Source: Candidatus Bathyarchaeota archaeon
Lineage (GTDB): Archaea; Thermoproteota; Bathyarchaeia; Bathyarchaeales; Bathycorpusculaceae
Length of the DNA stretch: 64,000 nt
Direction of reading: 5' to 3'
Assembly: GCA_963772455.1 (NCBI GenBank)
Contig: CAVYXJ010000007.1
Coordinates: forward strand, 128,001-192,000
Part shown: one piece after another, positions 27,690-37,643 of the stretch
Layout of the letters: the number at the start of each line of letters is the position of its first letter
How positions within the stretch are numbered: the stretch's first letter is position 1
The notes under the pieces: generated by a model
The model's database searches: none
What the model was told of the DNA's origin: nothing
Seen by the model: the letters and a program-made list of their open reading frames with translations, nothing else
Translations under genes and position numbers: made by a program

Positions 27690-28718
27690 ATGAAGCTTCC
27701 ACCTGGAAAAATTCCAATAGACATCTTAAAAGATGTAGTTTTCAAGAACTTAGGAGCCAACCGCAAGGAAGTCACTTTAGGACCCGCAACAGGAGTAGAT
27801 GGCGCAGTTTTAGATTTTGGCAACAAGAACGCCATCGTCTCAATGGATCCAATAACCGGCGCAATCGAACGCATCGGCTGGTTATCCATAAACGTAAACG
27901 CCAACGACGTAGCTACATTTGGCGTAGAACCAGCTTTCTTCTTCTCATGCCTTCTCTTGCCTGAAAACGCAGACAGCAAAATTGTTGAAACCATAAGTAC
28001 CCAAATGCACAACGCCGCAAAAGACCTTGGAATCGCCATTGTAGGTGGACATTGTGAATCCACCCCTGGATTAACTAACCCAATTGTGGTAGGCTGCATT
28101 ATGGGTTTAACTGAAAAAGGCAAATACGTCACTTCCGCAGGAGCAAAAGCAGGCGATAAATTAATTTTAACTAAAAGCGCGGGGATTGAGGGCACAGCCA
28201 TCTTGGCCTCCGACCGCGAAGCCCAACTATCAAAAGTCTTTAATTCAGAAATTCTTGAAAGTGCAAAACACTTTTACAGCCAAATCAGCGTAGTCAAAGA
28301 TGCCTTAACTGCTTACAAAGCAGGCGGAGTTCACGCCATGCATGACCCAACTGAGGGCGGAATCTTGAACGGTATCCATGAAATGGCAGATGCTGCGGGT
28401 TTGGGAGTCAGTATTTTTAAAGAAAAAATTATGGTTGAACCAGAAACTGCGAAAATTTGCAGGTTTTATGAAATTGACCCTCTTCAGTTAATCAGTTCAG
28501 GCGCACTGCTAATAGCAGCTAATCCTGAAGCAGCTGACAAAATAATTGATGTCTTGTGCCAGGAGCATATTTATGCCGATATAATAGGGGAATTCAACCC
28601 AAGCCCAAATAAACGTATGCTGATACACAAAGATGATTCAGCGGAGATGCTTCCAAGACCCGTCTCAGACCATCTATGGATTGCCCTATCACGTGTTACT
28701 GATTCAACAAACATTTAG
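27690..28718 (+). CDS. AIR synthase (PurM)-fold protein, HypE/ThiL/SelD-like paralogue
   Basis: GVDGA, DPIT, NANDVA, GGHCE, AMHDPTEGG, ISSGALL. Confidence 0.88.
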   Translation: MKLPPGKIPIDILKDVVFKNLGANRKEVTLGPATGVDGAVLDFGNKNAIVSMDPITGAIERIGWLSINVNANDVATFGVEPAFFFSCLLLPENADSKIVETISTQMHNAAKDLGIAIVGGHCESTPGLTNPIVVGCIMGLTEKGKYVTSAGAKAGDKLILTKSAGIEGTAILASDREAQLSKVFNSEILESAKHFYSQISVVKDALTAYKAGGVHAMHDPTEGGILNGIHEMADAAGLGVSIFKEKIMVEPETAKICRFYEIDPLQLISSGALLIAANPEAADKIIDVLCQEHIYADIIGEFNPSPNKRMLIHKDDSAEMLPRPVSDHLWIALSRVTDSTNI

Positions 28719-28730
28719 GTTCAATTCAGA

Positions 28731-29390
28731 CTATAACTTTTTTTTAATCAATATTCTAACAGTTAAACCATAAGTGGGAATATTAAACGATTTAAAAAAC
28801 AGCTTTCCCCCTAACTGCATTGCCAAATCATAGAATGATTCAACCTTAATCGATTCATAATCCAAAATCTCTGTAATGCATTTTTTCCATTGCAACGAAG
28901 TTTTAACATTAATGTGGGTTTCATCGTAATCGTTCATCAACTTTCGGATTGGTTTCTCAACTTTTCTATTGGGTGTTGTACATACAAGAGTGTTTTTGCA
29001 GACATTAAGCATGTTTACCAATGCTCTTTCTGGAAAAGGCAAGTGTTCCAATACATCAAAACAAGTTACTAAGTCAAACGATTCTGCTTTGAAAGGCATG
29101 TTTGTTTGAGCATCGCATACTACAAATTGGCTATTGCCGACGTTTTTTCCTTGTTTAGTTCCATACGTTGAGATATCAACTCCACAGGATTCATAACCTA
29201 ATCCAACAAGAATTCTTGTTGTGAAACCATAAGCGCAACCAACATCCAACGCTTTCTTGCCTTTTCCACTCAACAAGTCTTCAGACGTACCTTTCGAACC
29301 CCACCGTAAAACCTCCAAGACATGACGTTCAACTATTCCCTCCTTAAGCGAATACTTTCTATCATCGAAATACTTCTTCCCAAACTCCAA
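28731..29390 (-). CDS. Class I SAM-dependent methyltransferase
   Basis: LDVGCAYG, GVDIS, FDVLEHL, TTPN. Confidence 0.88.
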   Translation of the reverse strand: MEFGKKYFDDRKYSLKEGIVERHVLEVLRWGSKGTSEDLLSGKGKKALDVGCAYGFTTRILVGLGYESCGVDISTYGTKQGKNVGNSQFVVCDAQTNMPFKAESFDLVTCFDVLEHLPFPERALVNMLNVCKNTLVCTTPNRKVEKPIRKLMNDYDETHINVKTSLQWKKCITEILDYESIKVESFYDLAMQLGGKLFFKSFNIPTYGLTVRILIKKKL

Positions 29391-29589
29391 TTAATTCGCC
29401 TCACAATTAAGAATAGGCAGTTTTAGAAAGCTATAAGGATAATTGCAACAATTTCAATCGTTCACATTCTAAAGAAAAAAATTAAAAACAAGACAAGGAG
29501 CCCAATTCATCAATAAGAAGATACAATCAAAGTCTTAACATTGTTTTTATAGATCTAATATGAAATAAGTACTAACAATTAATTGGCTA

Positions 29590-30636
29590 GTGACATTATT
29601 GGCGTCGGGTTTCAAAAAAGCAGCATCAATAGCAGCACGTTCTCTTTCACCAGGAAAACCCCACCATGCACAATGGTTGGTTACTAGAAAATGCAATTAT
29701 CGGTGCTTAGGTTGCAATGTCTGGAAAGAACAAGACAAAAATGAACTTTCAACTGAAGAAATAAAGAAAGGCTTAGATATTCTCAAAAAAATTGGAATAG
29801 TCGAACTTGTACTTTCCGGCGGTGACCCACTGCTTCGAGATGACATCGGAGAAATAGTCGAACATGCATCGAAACTGTTTGTTACAACTGTTTATGATAA
29901 TGGCAGTATGGCCGCAAAAAAAATAGATGCGTTGCGAAATGTGGATTTTGTTGCGATTTCTATTGACAGCCTAGATGAAGCAAAAAACGATTACATCAAA
30001 TCAGTGCCGGGCGCTTGGAAAAATGCTATGCAAGCAGTAGAAACTCTTCATAAAGAAGGAGTAAAAGTTAGTGTTACCCCGACAATTTCACAAAAGAACC
30101 TCTATGAAATCGTCGATATAACAAATTATTTTACGGGAAAAGGAATCCCTGTTTGGTATTGCCTATACTCTTATGATACCTCCGTTGATAGTAAACAATT
30201 GTTTAGAATTGGTAAAGCAAACGACGAGTTCGTAATAACCGATAAGCCAGCAATGGTTAACTTATGCAATTCACTTATGGAGATGAAGAAGAAAAACAAC
30301 AAAATTCTCATGACAGATAAACTGATTAAAGCTCTGCGAAGTCTGTATGAGGAAGAAAGCAAAAGAACCTGGAAATGCCAAGCTCTAAACCAATTTCTGG
30401 TTGTTGACCACTTAGGAAGGATTGCAGCCTGCCACAGCCACAACTTTGCCGGCTCAGTCTTTGATCTTCCCAAAAACTGGAAAAGCCCAGAATACAAACA
30501 ACTTAGAAAAACTTACCATGAATGCACCCAATGCAATTATCTTTGCTACGTTTTCTATTCAGTGCATGGAAATCCCTGGGGACATCTAACGCTTGCTAAA
30601 GATCAATGGAAAAATGCAAAAATGCTATTTAAGTAA
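29590..30636 (+). CDS. Radical SAM protein with SPASM/twitch-like C-terminus
   Basis: CNYRCLGC, SGGDPLLR, SIDS, C-terminal C..GRIAAC...CTQCNYLC. Confidence 0.92.
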   Translation: MTLLASGFKKAASIAARSLSPGKPHHAQWLVTRKCNYRCLGCNVWKEQDKNELSTEEIKKGLDILKKIGIVELVLSGGDPLLRDDIGEIVEHASKLFVTTVYDNGSMAAKKIDALRNVDFVAISIDSLDEAKNDYIKSVPGAWKNAMQAVETLHKEGVKVSVTPTISQKNLYEIVDITNYFTGKGIPVWYCLYSYDTSVDSKQLFRIGKANDEFVITDKPAMVNLCNSLMEMKKKNNKILMTDKLIKALRSLYEEESKRTWKCQALNQFLVVDHLGRIAACHSHNFAGSVFDLPKNWKSPEYKQLRKTYHECTQCNYLCYVFYSVHGNPWGHLTLAKDQWKNAKMLFK

Positions 30637-30763
30637 CCTTAGATTTCTAAGTTCGAGTAAACCAAGAAAACTCTAATTTTTCCGTAGAAGGTTGAGGAAT
30701 TGTTTTTTTTCCTTAAATTTCATGCAATTAAGTTCTAAAGGCTAGCTTTATTCGCCAAAATAA

Positions 30764-31390
30764 TTAGACATTAGGAACCGAAAGAAACACATTATCAATC
30801 ACTTTACATAGAACCAAAAAAACTTCGTCAGCGCTCAAATTATCAGTATCTAAAACAAAATCAAACGGTTTAAAATCTTCACCTAAAATAAAACCGTACA
30901 ACTCCTTGTAAATGGCTTTAGTTCTCGCCTCTTTTTCCTGCAATACATCAAATGCCTCAGCAGCAGTCATCCCATCTCTTACCGCAACTCTTGCAGATCT
31001 TTTCTCAAATGACGCTTCAAGCCAGATTTTGAATCCATCCTTCAACAACCAAGGCATGGTCCAGCTATCCAAGAGAACATTTCCTTGTTGTGCATATTCC
31101 AAGAGTTTGTCGTCAACTGCCTTGTCAAATTTAGGGTCGTTTATACGTTCATTAAGAAAATTTAGTCCTTGAGGGCTCTCCCACCAACCTTGAAGAGAAA
31201 CATCATAACCTTCCTGTTTTGCCAATTCTTTCAACACGTCACCGCCGGAAAAATATCTTAATTTGTATTTCTCAGCGAGTTTTTTAGATAGTGTGCTTTT
31301 TCCAGTGCCAGCCATTCCAGATATACAAATTACGGTTTTTTTGGGAGTGGAGCAGTTTTTTTCTCGTTCGGCCATTTGGCTTTCATCCAT
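30764..31390 (-). CDS. cmk: Cytidylate kinase (archaeal type)
   Basis: ISGMAGTGKST, SGGDV, DKAVD; follows DUF106. Confidence 0.9.
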   Translation of the reverse strand: MDESQMAEREKNCSTPKKTVICISGMAGTGKSTLSKKLAEKYKLRYFSGGDVLKELAKQEGYDVSLQGWWESPQGLNFLNERINDPKFDKAVDDKLLEYAQQGNVLLDSWTMPWLLKDGFKIWLEASFEKRSARVAVRDGMTAAEAFDVLQEKEARTKAIYKELYGFILGEDFKPFDFVLDTDNLSADEVFLVLCKVIDNVFLSVPNV

Positions 31391-31400
31391 TTTTCGGGGC

Positions 31401-31919
31401 TTATATTGCGCCTTGTTCGATGGGCATTATACCAATTATTCGTGAGGAAAGCAACCCGAAGAACAGTGAACAGATGGGATACCAGTAAAACACTGGAATT
31501 GCACTATTAAGTGCAGTTCCGGGTATTGCCTGTGCATTTGCAATCGTGCCAATACCTGGTATGAAAGCCATAGGAGTATTTCCAAATACAGGGGTTAATA
31601 CTAAGAACCAAACGATTAGGTATACGAAAGAAATTCCGAACTGAACCATCTGGGGCTTCATCATTTTTGCCTGCATATTTTTAATTTGTGAATCTTTCTT
31701 TTTGAGTTTTTCAACCTGTTTCTTATCATTTGCCCTCATTGCAGCCATGGTTTCTGATCGGTATTCAGACATTTCCTTTTGCATAACCCGATATTGCTCC
31801 CACCCGATAAAATAGTTGATTAAAACCCTGTTTATTCCAGAGTTTAAGAAAGCAATTCCAGCTGCAATAGCCATAATTATGAGTGTTGCTAAAGGCAACG
31901 AAGTCACTACAACAGACAT
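31401..31919 (-). CDS. EMC3/TMCO1 (Oxa1 superfamily, DUF106) membrane insertase
   Basis: TM, coiled coil, MMKPQ, TM, YWYPICS; start at MSVVVT. Confidence 0.88.
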   Translation of the reverse strand: MSVVVTSLPLATLIIMAIAAGIAFLNSGINRVLINYFIGWEQYRVMQKEMSEYRSETMAAMRANDKKQVEKLKKKDSQIKNMQAKMMKPQMVQFGISFVYLIVWFLVLTPVFGNTPMAFIPGIGTIANAQAIPGTALNSAIPVFYWYPICSLFFGLLSSRIIGIMPIEQGAI

Positions 31920-32100
31920 ATGATTTTCCTCTTGAGGTTCTAAGTCTAAGCGTACATGTTTCTTGTTAATAACTATTTTCACTTATTATGATTCTAAATA
32001 GGTTAAGAAATCATATTTTTAATAACTGAATATTTACAAGAGTTGCTGAAGGTAAAGAATATAGAGTTGTCCGATATGGAAACCAGAAAATATTTTGCTC

Positions 32101-32649
32101 TCATCGACTTTTTATGGCGATTTCTCGAGCCCAAGCTTCGATATTGTTCCAGTCACGTGTATCATGTATTTTGGTAGTATCTAGTCCATTTTTTCTCAAA
32201 CTTCTTCGATTAACTCTAACCATGACATCAACAATTAAGCCGTGACTTTGACTAAAATCCAGGAACCCACCGAAGAAACCATAAGCAATCGGTTTTAGGG
32301 CGTACCGTTCAGCTGTATCTTGCAGATATTGCTTTTTTGCTCTCTCTCTTATTTCTGGTTCTACTCGGTCAGCCATTTGGCAACTTACAAACAAAGCAGT
32401 TTTTTTGTTTTGCAAAAGTTTTTCGTTTTTTTCAATAAAAAACAAAGTCTCTTTAGTCCACTTGTCAGCTCGCATCCCACTACCAATAACAAAAAGGTCA
32501 TATGGCTCAAGCTTTTTTGGCGGCTTTTTGGCATTAATAACATCTACACTACATCCTCCTTGTGTAAGAGTTTGCCCTATTTTATTGGCTACTTCAGCTG
32601 TACCACCCCAACGACTTCCGTAGATTACAAGAATATTCACTGGTTTCAC
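32101..32649 (-). CDS. Flavodoxin-domain protein (HemG-like)
   Basis: YGSRWGGTAEVA, IGSG, DTRDWNNIEAWA. Confidence 0.88.
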   Translation of the reverse strand: MKPVNILVIYGSRWGGTAEVANKIGQTLTQGGCSVDVINAKKPPKKLEPYDLFVIGSGMRADKWTKETLFFIEKNEKLLQNKKTALFVSCQMADRVEPEIRERAKKQYLQDTAERYALKPIAYGFFGGFLDFSQSHGLIVDVMVRVNRRSLRKNGLDTTKIHDTRDWNNIEAWAREIAIKSR

Positions 32650-32773
32650 TCTACAAGTAGCCGTTTATGTTAGGTCATTTATGAATTATGCTGAAAAGTA
32701 ATCAATATCAATGTAATTAAACTGGAGTAATAAAAAAATGAAAAAAAGGAAGATAGTTTTTTTGAGTTCTACT

Positions 32774-35512
32774 TTATTTCTTCTTGATTATCAATAGTGT
32801 TGCGATTGCAACGGCAATGATTATAGCGATTGTTGAGCCTACGAAGTACATTTCAACTGGAGCTGGTTCTGCTGCAATTGGTTGTGGTGATGGTGTGGGT
32901 ATTGCTCCCATGACTGCGAATGATGTCTCTGCATGTGAGGGATAGTACGAGTTTGTGCCAGCGAAAGTTGCGAATACAGTGTATGTTCCTTCAATATCTG
33001 GTTTCCATGTGTAGCTGAACACTCCATTTGCATCACTGGTGGCTGTGCCGATGTTGCGGAAGTTGCCATTAGAGTCAAGGACATCTATTGAGATTGGTAC
33101 ACCGGTTGCACTCATAGGTATTGGTTTTTGCATGTAAACATATGCCATCCAATCACCCATGCTAGCATCTGACATTGCGGGTACTCCATTGGGGAAACGA
33201 GCGGCTTGCTCGTCTTGTTTTGTGCCTGCAGAGATATCAGTTATTGTACCGCGAATGACAATGGGTTGTCCGGATGCCGCTGCGAGATCAGGTGAAGTAA
33301 CAGTTAATTGGCTTGGTCCTTTGCCGATGCAGTAGATGCGACTATCATAGGAGTTGAGGGTTGTTAGATACCCATCAGCGACTGGTGCTTGACCACCATA
33401 CATTTGGTTACCATAGTCTATGAGGGTCCAGATTTCTTCTCCAGTGGTTGCGTTGATACAACGATAGAGTGCATCTTTGTAGAGCGGAGAGTTTGGTGAG
33501 TGCTCTGTGGTGTCCACATAGATTTTGCCGTCAGCTATTGTGCTTATAAAGATTGGGTACCGACCATATGGTGTTATAAAACCACTTACTGTACTGTTGC
33601 CTTCGCCACCGTTGCCGTAACTCCAAAGTTGTTCTCCCGTCTTTACATCGTATGCGTATAGTACTCCAGCGTAGCCTGAGACGTAGAGTTTGCCGTATGC
33701 AATTCTATCTAAACCTAACGCCATAAAGTTGTAGTCGATTGTGTTATCAGTTGGAGTATCAGTAACCCACATTTGTGTTCCATCAACTAGACTAATGCCA
33801 GTGTGTGTGATGCTTTCTTTTTCTCCAAAAACAAATACTCCATTGCTCGGATCCCAATCGGAAATGAGACGTGAGTTATTGCCTGGTGCTGGCTGATATG
33901 TTTGACTCCAGATGACTGATCCACGTGAAGACGACTTGAGACTAAGGGCTGTTATGTTTCCCGGGTCAATTGATACTGTTACACCGAAGTCACCTGGATG
34001 TCCGCCGAAGCCTCCTTGAACTAGTAGTATAATGTCGTCAACTGACACTAATGGAATAATGTTTAGATTCGCTACACCTACGTTCCAACCTGTAGTTTTT
34101 AGTGATGGAATAGATATGTTCCAGTCATAAGCAGGTGTGGATACTGCTGCATAGCCTTGTGCTGTCCTAACGGTAGTAGATACCCACATAGAACCGTTCC
34201 AGTTCATTCCGCCTGGGTTTGCTGGTGTTATCGGGCAGTTTGCCGGTGTATTTCCAGAATACCATCCGCCTACGCCAGTACCTGAAGCTCCACCAAACAC
34301 TCTAGATGAATTCCATTGGCTAAGATAGTAATTAGGGTTAGAGGTGTTTCCTAAGTTAGTCAAAGTGTATCGTAGTAATTCACCTGATGGACCTGCCACG
34401 CTTGTGCCTGAGGGGACATTGCTCACATTCATTGTTGTTAAGTACCCGGTACGTGCATCATATGCTCGCCAGACTGTGCCTAAACCTGTAACTGTTTGTG
34501 TTGCAACTAGTATACCGTTTGGAAGTACTCCATGTTGGTTTTCAGTTTCTAATGAATACATATAGCCGAATGAAGGTACAAGTGAAACACCTGTAGCAGA
34601 AGCATTTATGCGCCATTGCTCTTGCCCTGTTTGTAGATTAACTGCTATGTAGTCGCCATTGCCTCCTCCGTTGCCCCATGGTTCTTGGTAGTATAGCACT
34701 CCATTCATTATGATGGGGTTTGCAAATCTGGTGTTGTAAGATAGACCAGAGTAGAACATTTCGCCCAGGACTTTGGTGTCACTTCCTCCGACAACTCCAC
34801 CCCATTGTATTGGTTTTGCCCACATAACATGTGGACTGTTTGGAGCTGCGCCGTCAGGCTGAACTGCACCGGGTATACCATAACCAGCGCCTGCACCAAT
34901 GATATAGGGTGATCCAAGCCAGTTAGAGGCAATAGAGTACCAGTAGGTATTTTGACCTTCTATGGGACGTGTCCAATATTCAGTGGGCAAAGGGTAACTA
35001 TCAGGTGCAGCTGGGATTGGCTCTTCTTGAACAGTCAGAGTGATTGTTTTGCTTGCTGCACCCCAAGTGTCATTGGTGTATGCTGTATTAGCGCCAGGAG
35101 TACTCGAGGTCCAAGTGTAGGTCTGTTTTGGATAATCGAATTTCAAAGAATAATTGCCAACTTGGTCAGGAGTATACTGCAAGTATTGTACACTAGTTGT
35201 ATCGCTTACTATCGGCCAGTTTTTTGTCTCTACTTGTCCATTGGGCTGGGTAATAGTCAGTTTATAATCATGTCGTCGGATGTCGTTTGATACGGTTGCG
35301 CCTAGAAGAGGACCGTCTATCCACATAACAACAGCAACGGTTTGGCCCACACCGACAGGATTAGGCGAAGCAACAATGTAAGCATAAGAATCAAACGTCC
35401 AGATAGGTGTGTGTGCACCTGTATTTGGCAGAAATGCCATTGACGAAGTCATCGCTATTATTAGGAAAATCGCCGTTAAAATTGTAGCTTTTCTGTTTTT
35501 TAAAATTTGCAT
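32774..35512 (-). CDS. Secreted PQQ-like beta-propeller surface protein with C-terminal membrane anchor
   Basis: Signal peptide; SPNPVGVGQ, PTEYWTRPI, repeated YAYDVKTGEQLW / INATTGEEIW; Pro/Thr linker, TM and KKK. Confidence 0.9.
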   Translation of the reverse strand: MQILKNRKATILTAIFLIIAMTSSMAFLPNTGAHTPIWTFDSYAYIVASPNPVGVGQTVAVVMWIDGPLLGATVSNDIRRHDYKLTITQPNGQVETKNWPIVSDTTSVQYLQYTPDQVGNYSLKFDYPKQTYTWTSSTPGANTAYTNDTWGAASKTITLTVQEEPIPAAPDSYPLPTEYWTRPIEGQNTYWYSIASNWLGSPYIIGAGAGYGIPGAVQPDGAAPNSPHVMWAKPIQWGGVVGGSDTKVLGEMFYSGLSYNTRFANPIIMNGVLYYQEPWGNGGGNGDYIAVNLQTGQEQWRINASATGVSLVPSFGYMYSLETENQHGVLPNGILVATQTVTGLGTVWRAYDARTGYLTTMNVSNVPSGTSVAGPSGELLRYTLTNLGNTSNPNYYLSQWNSSRVFGGASGTGVGGWYSGNTPANCPITPANPGGMNWNGSMWVSTTVRTAQGYAAVSTPAYDWNISIPSLKTTGWNVGVANLNIIPLVSVDDIILLVQGGFGGHPGDFGVTVSIDPGNITALSLKSSSRGSVIWSQTYQPAPGNNSRLISDWDPSNGVFVFGEKESITHTGISLVDGTQMWVTDTPTDNTIDYNFMALGLDRIAYGKLYVSGYAGVLYAYDVKTGEQLWSYGNGGEGNSTVSGFITPYGRYPIFISTIADGKIYVDTTEHSPNSPLYKDALYRCINATTGEEIWTLIDYGNQMYGGQAPVADGYLTTLNSYDSRIYCIGKGPSQLTVTSPDLAAASGQPIVIRGTITDISAGTKQDEQAARFPNGVPAMSDASMGDWMAYVYMQKPIPMSATGVPISIDVLDSNGNFRNIGTATSDANGVFSYTWKPDIEGTYTVFATFAGTNSYYPSHAETSFAVMGAIPTPSPQPIAAEPAPVEMYFVGSTIAIIIAVAIATLLIIKKK

Positions 35513-35540
35513 ATGTATTTTTTTCTCCTATTTAATTTTT

Positions 35541-35609
35541 TTGAACGAGGAGATATGAGATATCTCCACAATTCAATGCCCACTTCATCTGTATCATTTT
35601 GTTTATAAG
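35541..35609 (-). promoter_or_regulatory. TATA box plus 5' leader hairpin of the beta-propeller gene
   Basis: Minus strand CTTATAAA (35602-35609), then TTGAA-TTGT-GGAGATAT-CTC-ATATCTCC-TCG-TTCAA hairpin, then AGGAG SD. Confidence 0.55.
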
Positions 35610-35795
35610 ACTTATGTAAAAACATTGCAACTAAAAAAAAATTCAAACTATGATTTTAGTTTTGAAGAATCTAAAAAAACCTACAAGCAAAAACCAGTAT
35701 TACATAATGAAAAAAAAATTATTAATTCTAAATTAAAGAAAATAAAGGAAAAAATTCCCAGTCAAATAAACAAGTGCCCACTGGGAACTTTAAGG

Positions 35796-37223
35796 TTATT
35801 CGCCCAGAATTCTTCTAAACGCCGGGAACATTTCTGCAGCGCGTTCACGCATTAGCAGTTCGTAGTATTGGTAGATTATACCCACTGACAGTAAGATGCC
35901 TGTGCCTGTTCCGAAGGCGCCAAAGAAGTCTGAAACACCCGCCACAAGCCCTACAATTATGCCTCCTAATACTGTAACTACTGGTATGTACCTTTTTAGG
36001 ATGGCTTCGATTGGTCTTCCCGATCGTCGGTATCCTGGTATTTGCATACCGCTGTCCATTAGTTGCTTTGCTACTTTTGCAGGTCCTAAGCCACCGACCT
36101 CTAGCCATATCAGCGAGAATATAGCGCAGAAAGCTATGATTATTGCCAAATAAACTGAAGCTTGTAAGGGTGCTGCAATGACTCCCTGTATGTTGCGGGG
36201 TGGAGTTACGAAGTATGCTAAGCCTCCTACAGGTGTAATGCTGCCAGAGGTTGCATTGTAACTATAGTCACCTATTATCTGGAAGAAAATGTTTGTTCCT
36301 GGAGCTGGCTTGTTAAACTGGCTCCATAGAAGTTGGCTGAAGAAGTAAACGTTTGCAAATAGTGCTGATGCAAAGATAACTGGCAAGTTTGAAACATATA
36401 GCAGTTTAATTGGGTATCTGCTTCGGAAACCTTTGTAGCCCGCATAGCTCATTGGAAGTTCTATTCTTATTCCTTGAAGGTAAATTACTATCAAGAAAAC
36501 CGCGATAGTAGCAATTAAACCTATTAGTGTTGGGTAAACGCCTCCAGCTGAGCCAAAAGCCCATTCGCCTAATGTTTGTTGGCCGCCTAAATAGGATGAG
36601 AGAGAACCCACAAATAAGCCTGTTGGCGGTGAAAATGTTGACCACAGAATAGTCTGTGCCACACCAGCCATTATGAATAAGCTGATTCCGCTACCTAGTC
36701 CCCAACCCTTCTGGACTAGTTCATCCATCAACATGATAATTACACCTGTAATTATCAACTGCAGGAAAATTACAAGTACCGTTGGCCCAGAAAGGTCTAC
36801 CCCAATTTGTCCGTACATGCCGCTTAGAATATACGCTCCTGCTTGGATACCTGTAAGTATAATTGTGAAGACTTTGCTTGCGGAAGTAAAGAGGCCTCTA
36901 TCTTCAGAGTTTGACATGTCACATTTGATTATTGAAGAGCCTGCGAGTAGTTGGAGAATTAAACCTGCCGTGACTATAGGGCCAATTCCAAGTTCCATTA
37001 ATGTTCCGCGGTTAGAAGCGAAAATTACTCGCAATTGACCAAACTGGTCTGACGCTGACTGTGCAACCCCATAGAGTGGGATTTCAGTCATGACTAAGAA
37101 AATAACTAGAACAAGAGCTGTCCAGAAGATTTTTTCGTTAAAGCTAACTTTTCGCTCAGGTTTCTTTATTTCAGGTAGAACTCTTCCGATTGGTTTAAAG
37201 AGACTGAGGAATCTTCCGGGCAT
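35796..37223 (-). CDS. secY: Preprotein translocase SecY (Sec61 alpha)
   Basis: LMELGIGPIVTAG, GLGSGISLFI, YPIKLLYVSNLP, GTGILL. Confidence 0.98.
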   Translation of the reverse strand: MPGRFLSLFKPIGRVLPEIKKPERKVSFNEKIFWTALVLVIFLVMTEIPLYGVAQSASDQFGQLRVIFASNRGTLMELGIGPIVTAGLILQLLAGSSIIKCDMSNSEDRGLFTSASKVFTIILTGIQAGAYILSGMYGQIGVDLSGPTVLVIFLQLIITGVIIMLMDELVQKGWGLGSGISLFIMAGVAQTILWSTFSPPTGLFVGSLSSYLGGQQTLGEWAFGSAGGVYPTLIGLIATIAVFLIVIYLQGIRIELPMSYAGYKGFRSRYPIKLLYVSNLPVIFASALFANVYFFSQLLWSQFNKPAPGTNIFFQIIGDYSYNATSGSITPVGGLAYFVTPPRNIQGVIAAPLQASVYLAIIIAFCAIFSLIWLEVGGLGPAKVAKQLMDSGMQIPGYRRSGRPIEAILKRYIPVVTVLGGIIVGLVAGVSDFFGAFGTGTGILLSVGIIYQYYELLMRERAAEMFPAFRRILGE

Positions 37224-37232
37224 TTAACAGCT

Positions 37233-37643
37233 TTACTCTCCGCGTGGTTGGGGAGCTACGATTTTTCCGCCTGCTTGTGTGACTTTTTCTTGGGCTGTTT
37301 TTGAGAAGGTTGCCACTTTTATGGTTAAGGCTTTAGTTATTTTTCCTGTTCCTAAAAGTTTGGTGTAGCCTAGTTCGGTTAAGTTTATTTCGCTGCCTTT
37401 TGCAAGTTGGTCAAGTTTGATTAGGTTGATTGGATTGTCGTTTGTGTGCAAGCTTTGGGGTGAGGTAAAGCCGTGTTTTCCGAAATAGTTGGGTTCAGAT
37501 GTGACAACTAAACTCCAGAGGTGTTTGTGTCTTCCTACTTTTCGGTGTCCTTTACTTCCGGAGTCTCGATGTTGACCTATTCTTCCGTAACCTTGTGTTC
37601 TTGAGCCTCTTGTTTTTCGGATTTTTCTAAGTTTATGTGGCAT
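37233..37643 (-). CDS. rpl15: 50S ribosomal protein uL15
   Basis: RKTRGSRTQGYG, YFGKHGF, KLLGTG, AGG. Confidence 0.95.
   Translation of the reverse strand: MPHKLRKIRKTRGSRTQGYGRIGQHRDSGSKGHRKVGRHKHLWSLVVTSEPNYFGKHGFTSPQSLHTNDNPINLIKLDQLAKGSEINLTELGYTKLLGTGKITKALTIKVATFSKTAQEKVTQAGGKIVAPQPRGE

Noticed and set aside
35625-35855. 76-aa ORF on the + strand
   Set aside because: Poly-A low complexity, antisense to the secY end and its T-rich terminator region
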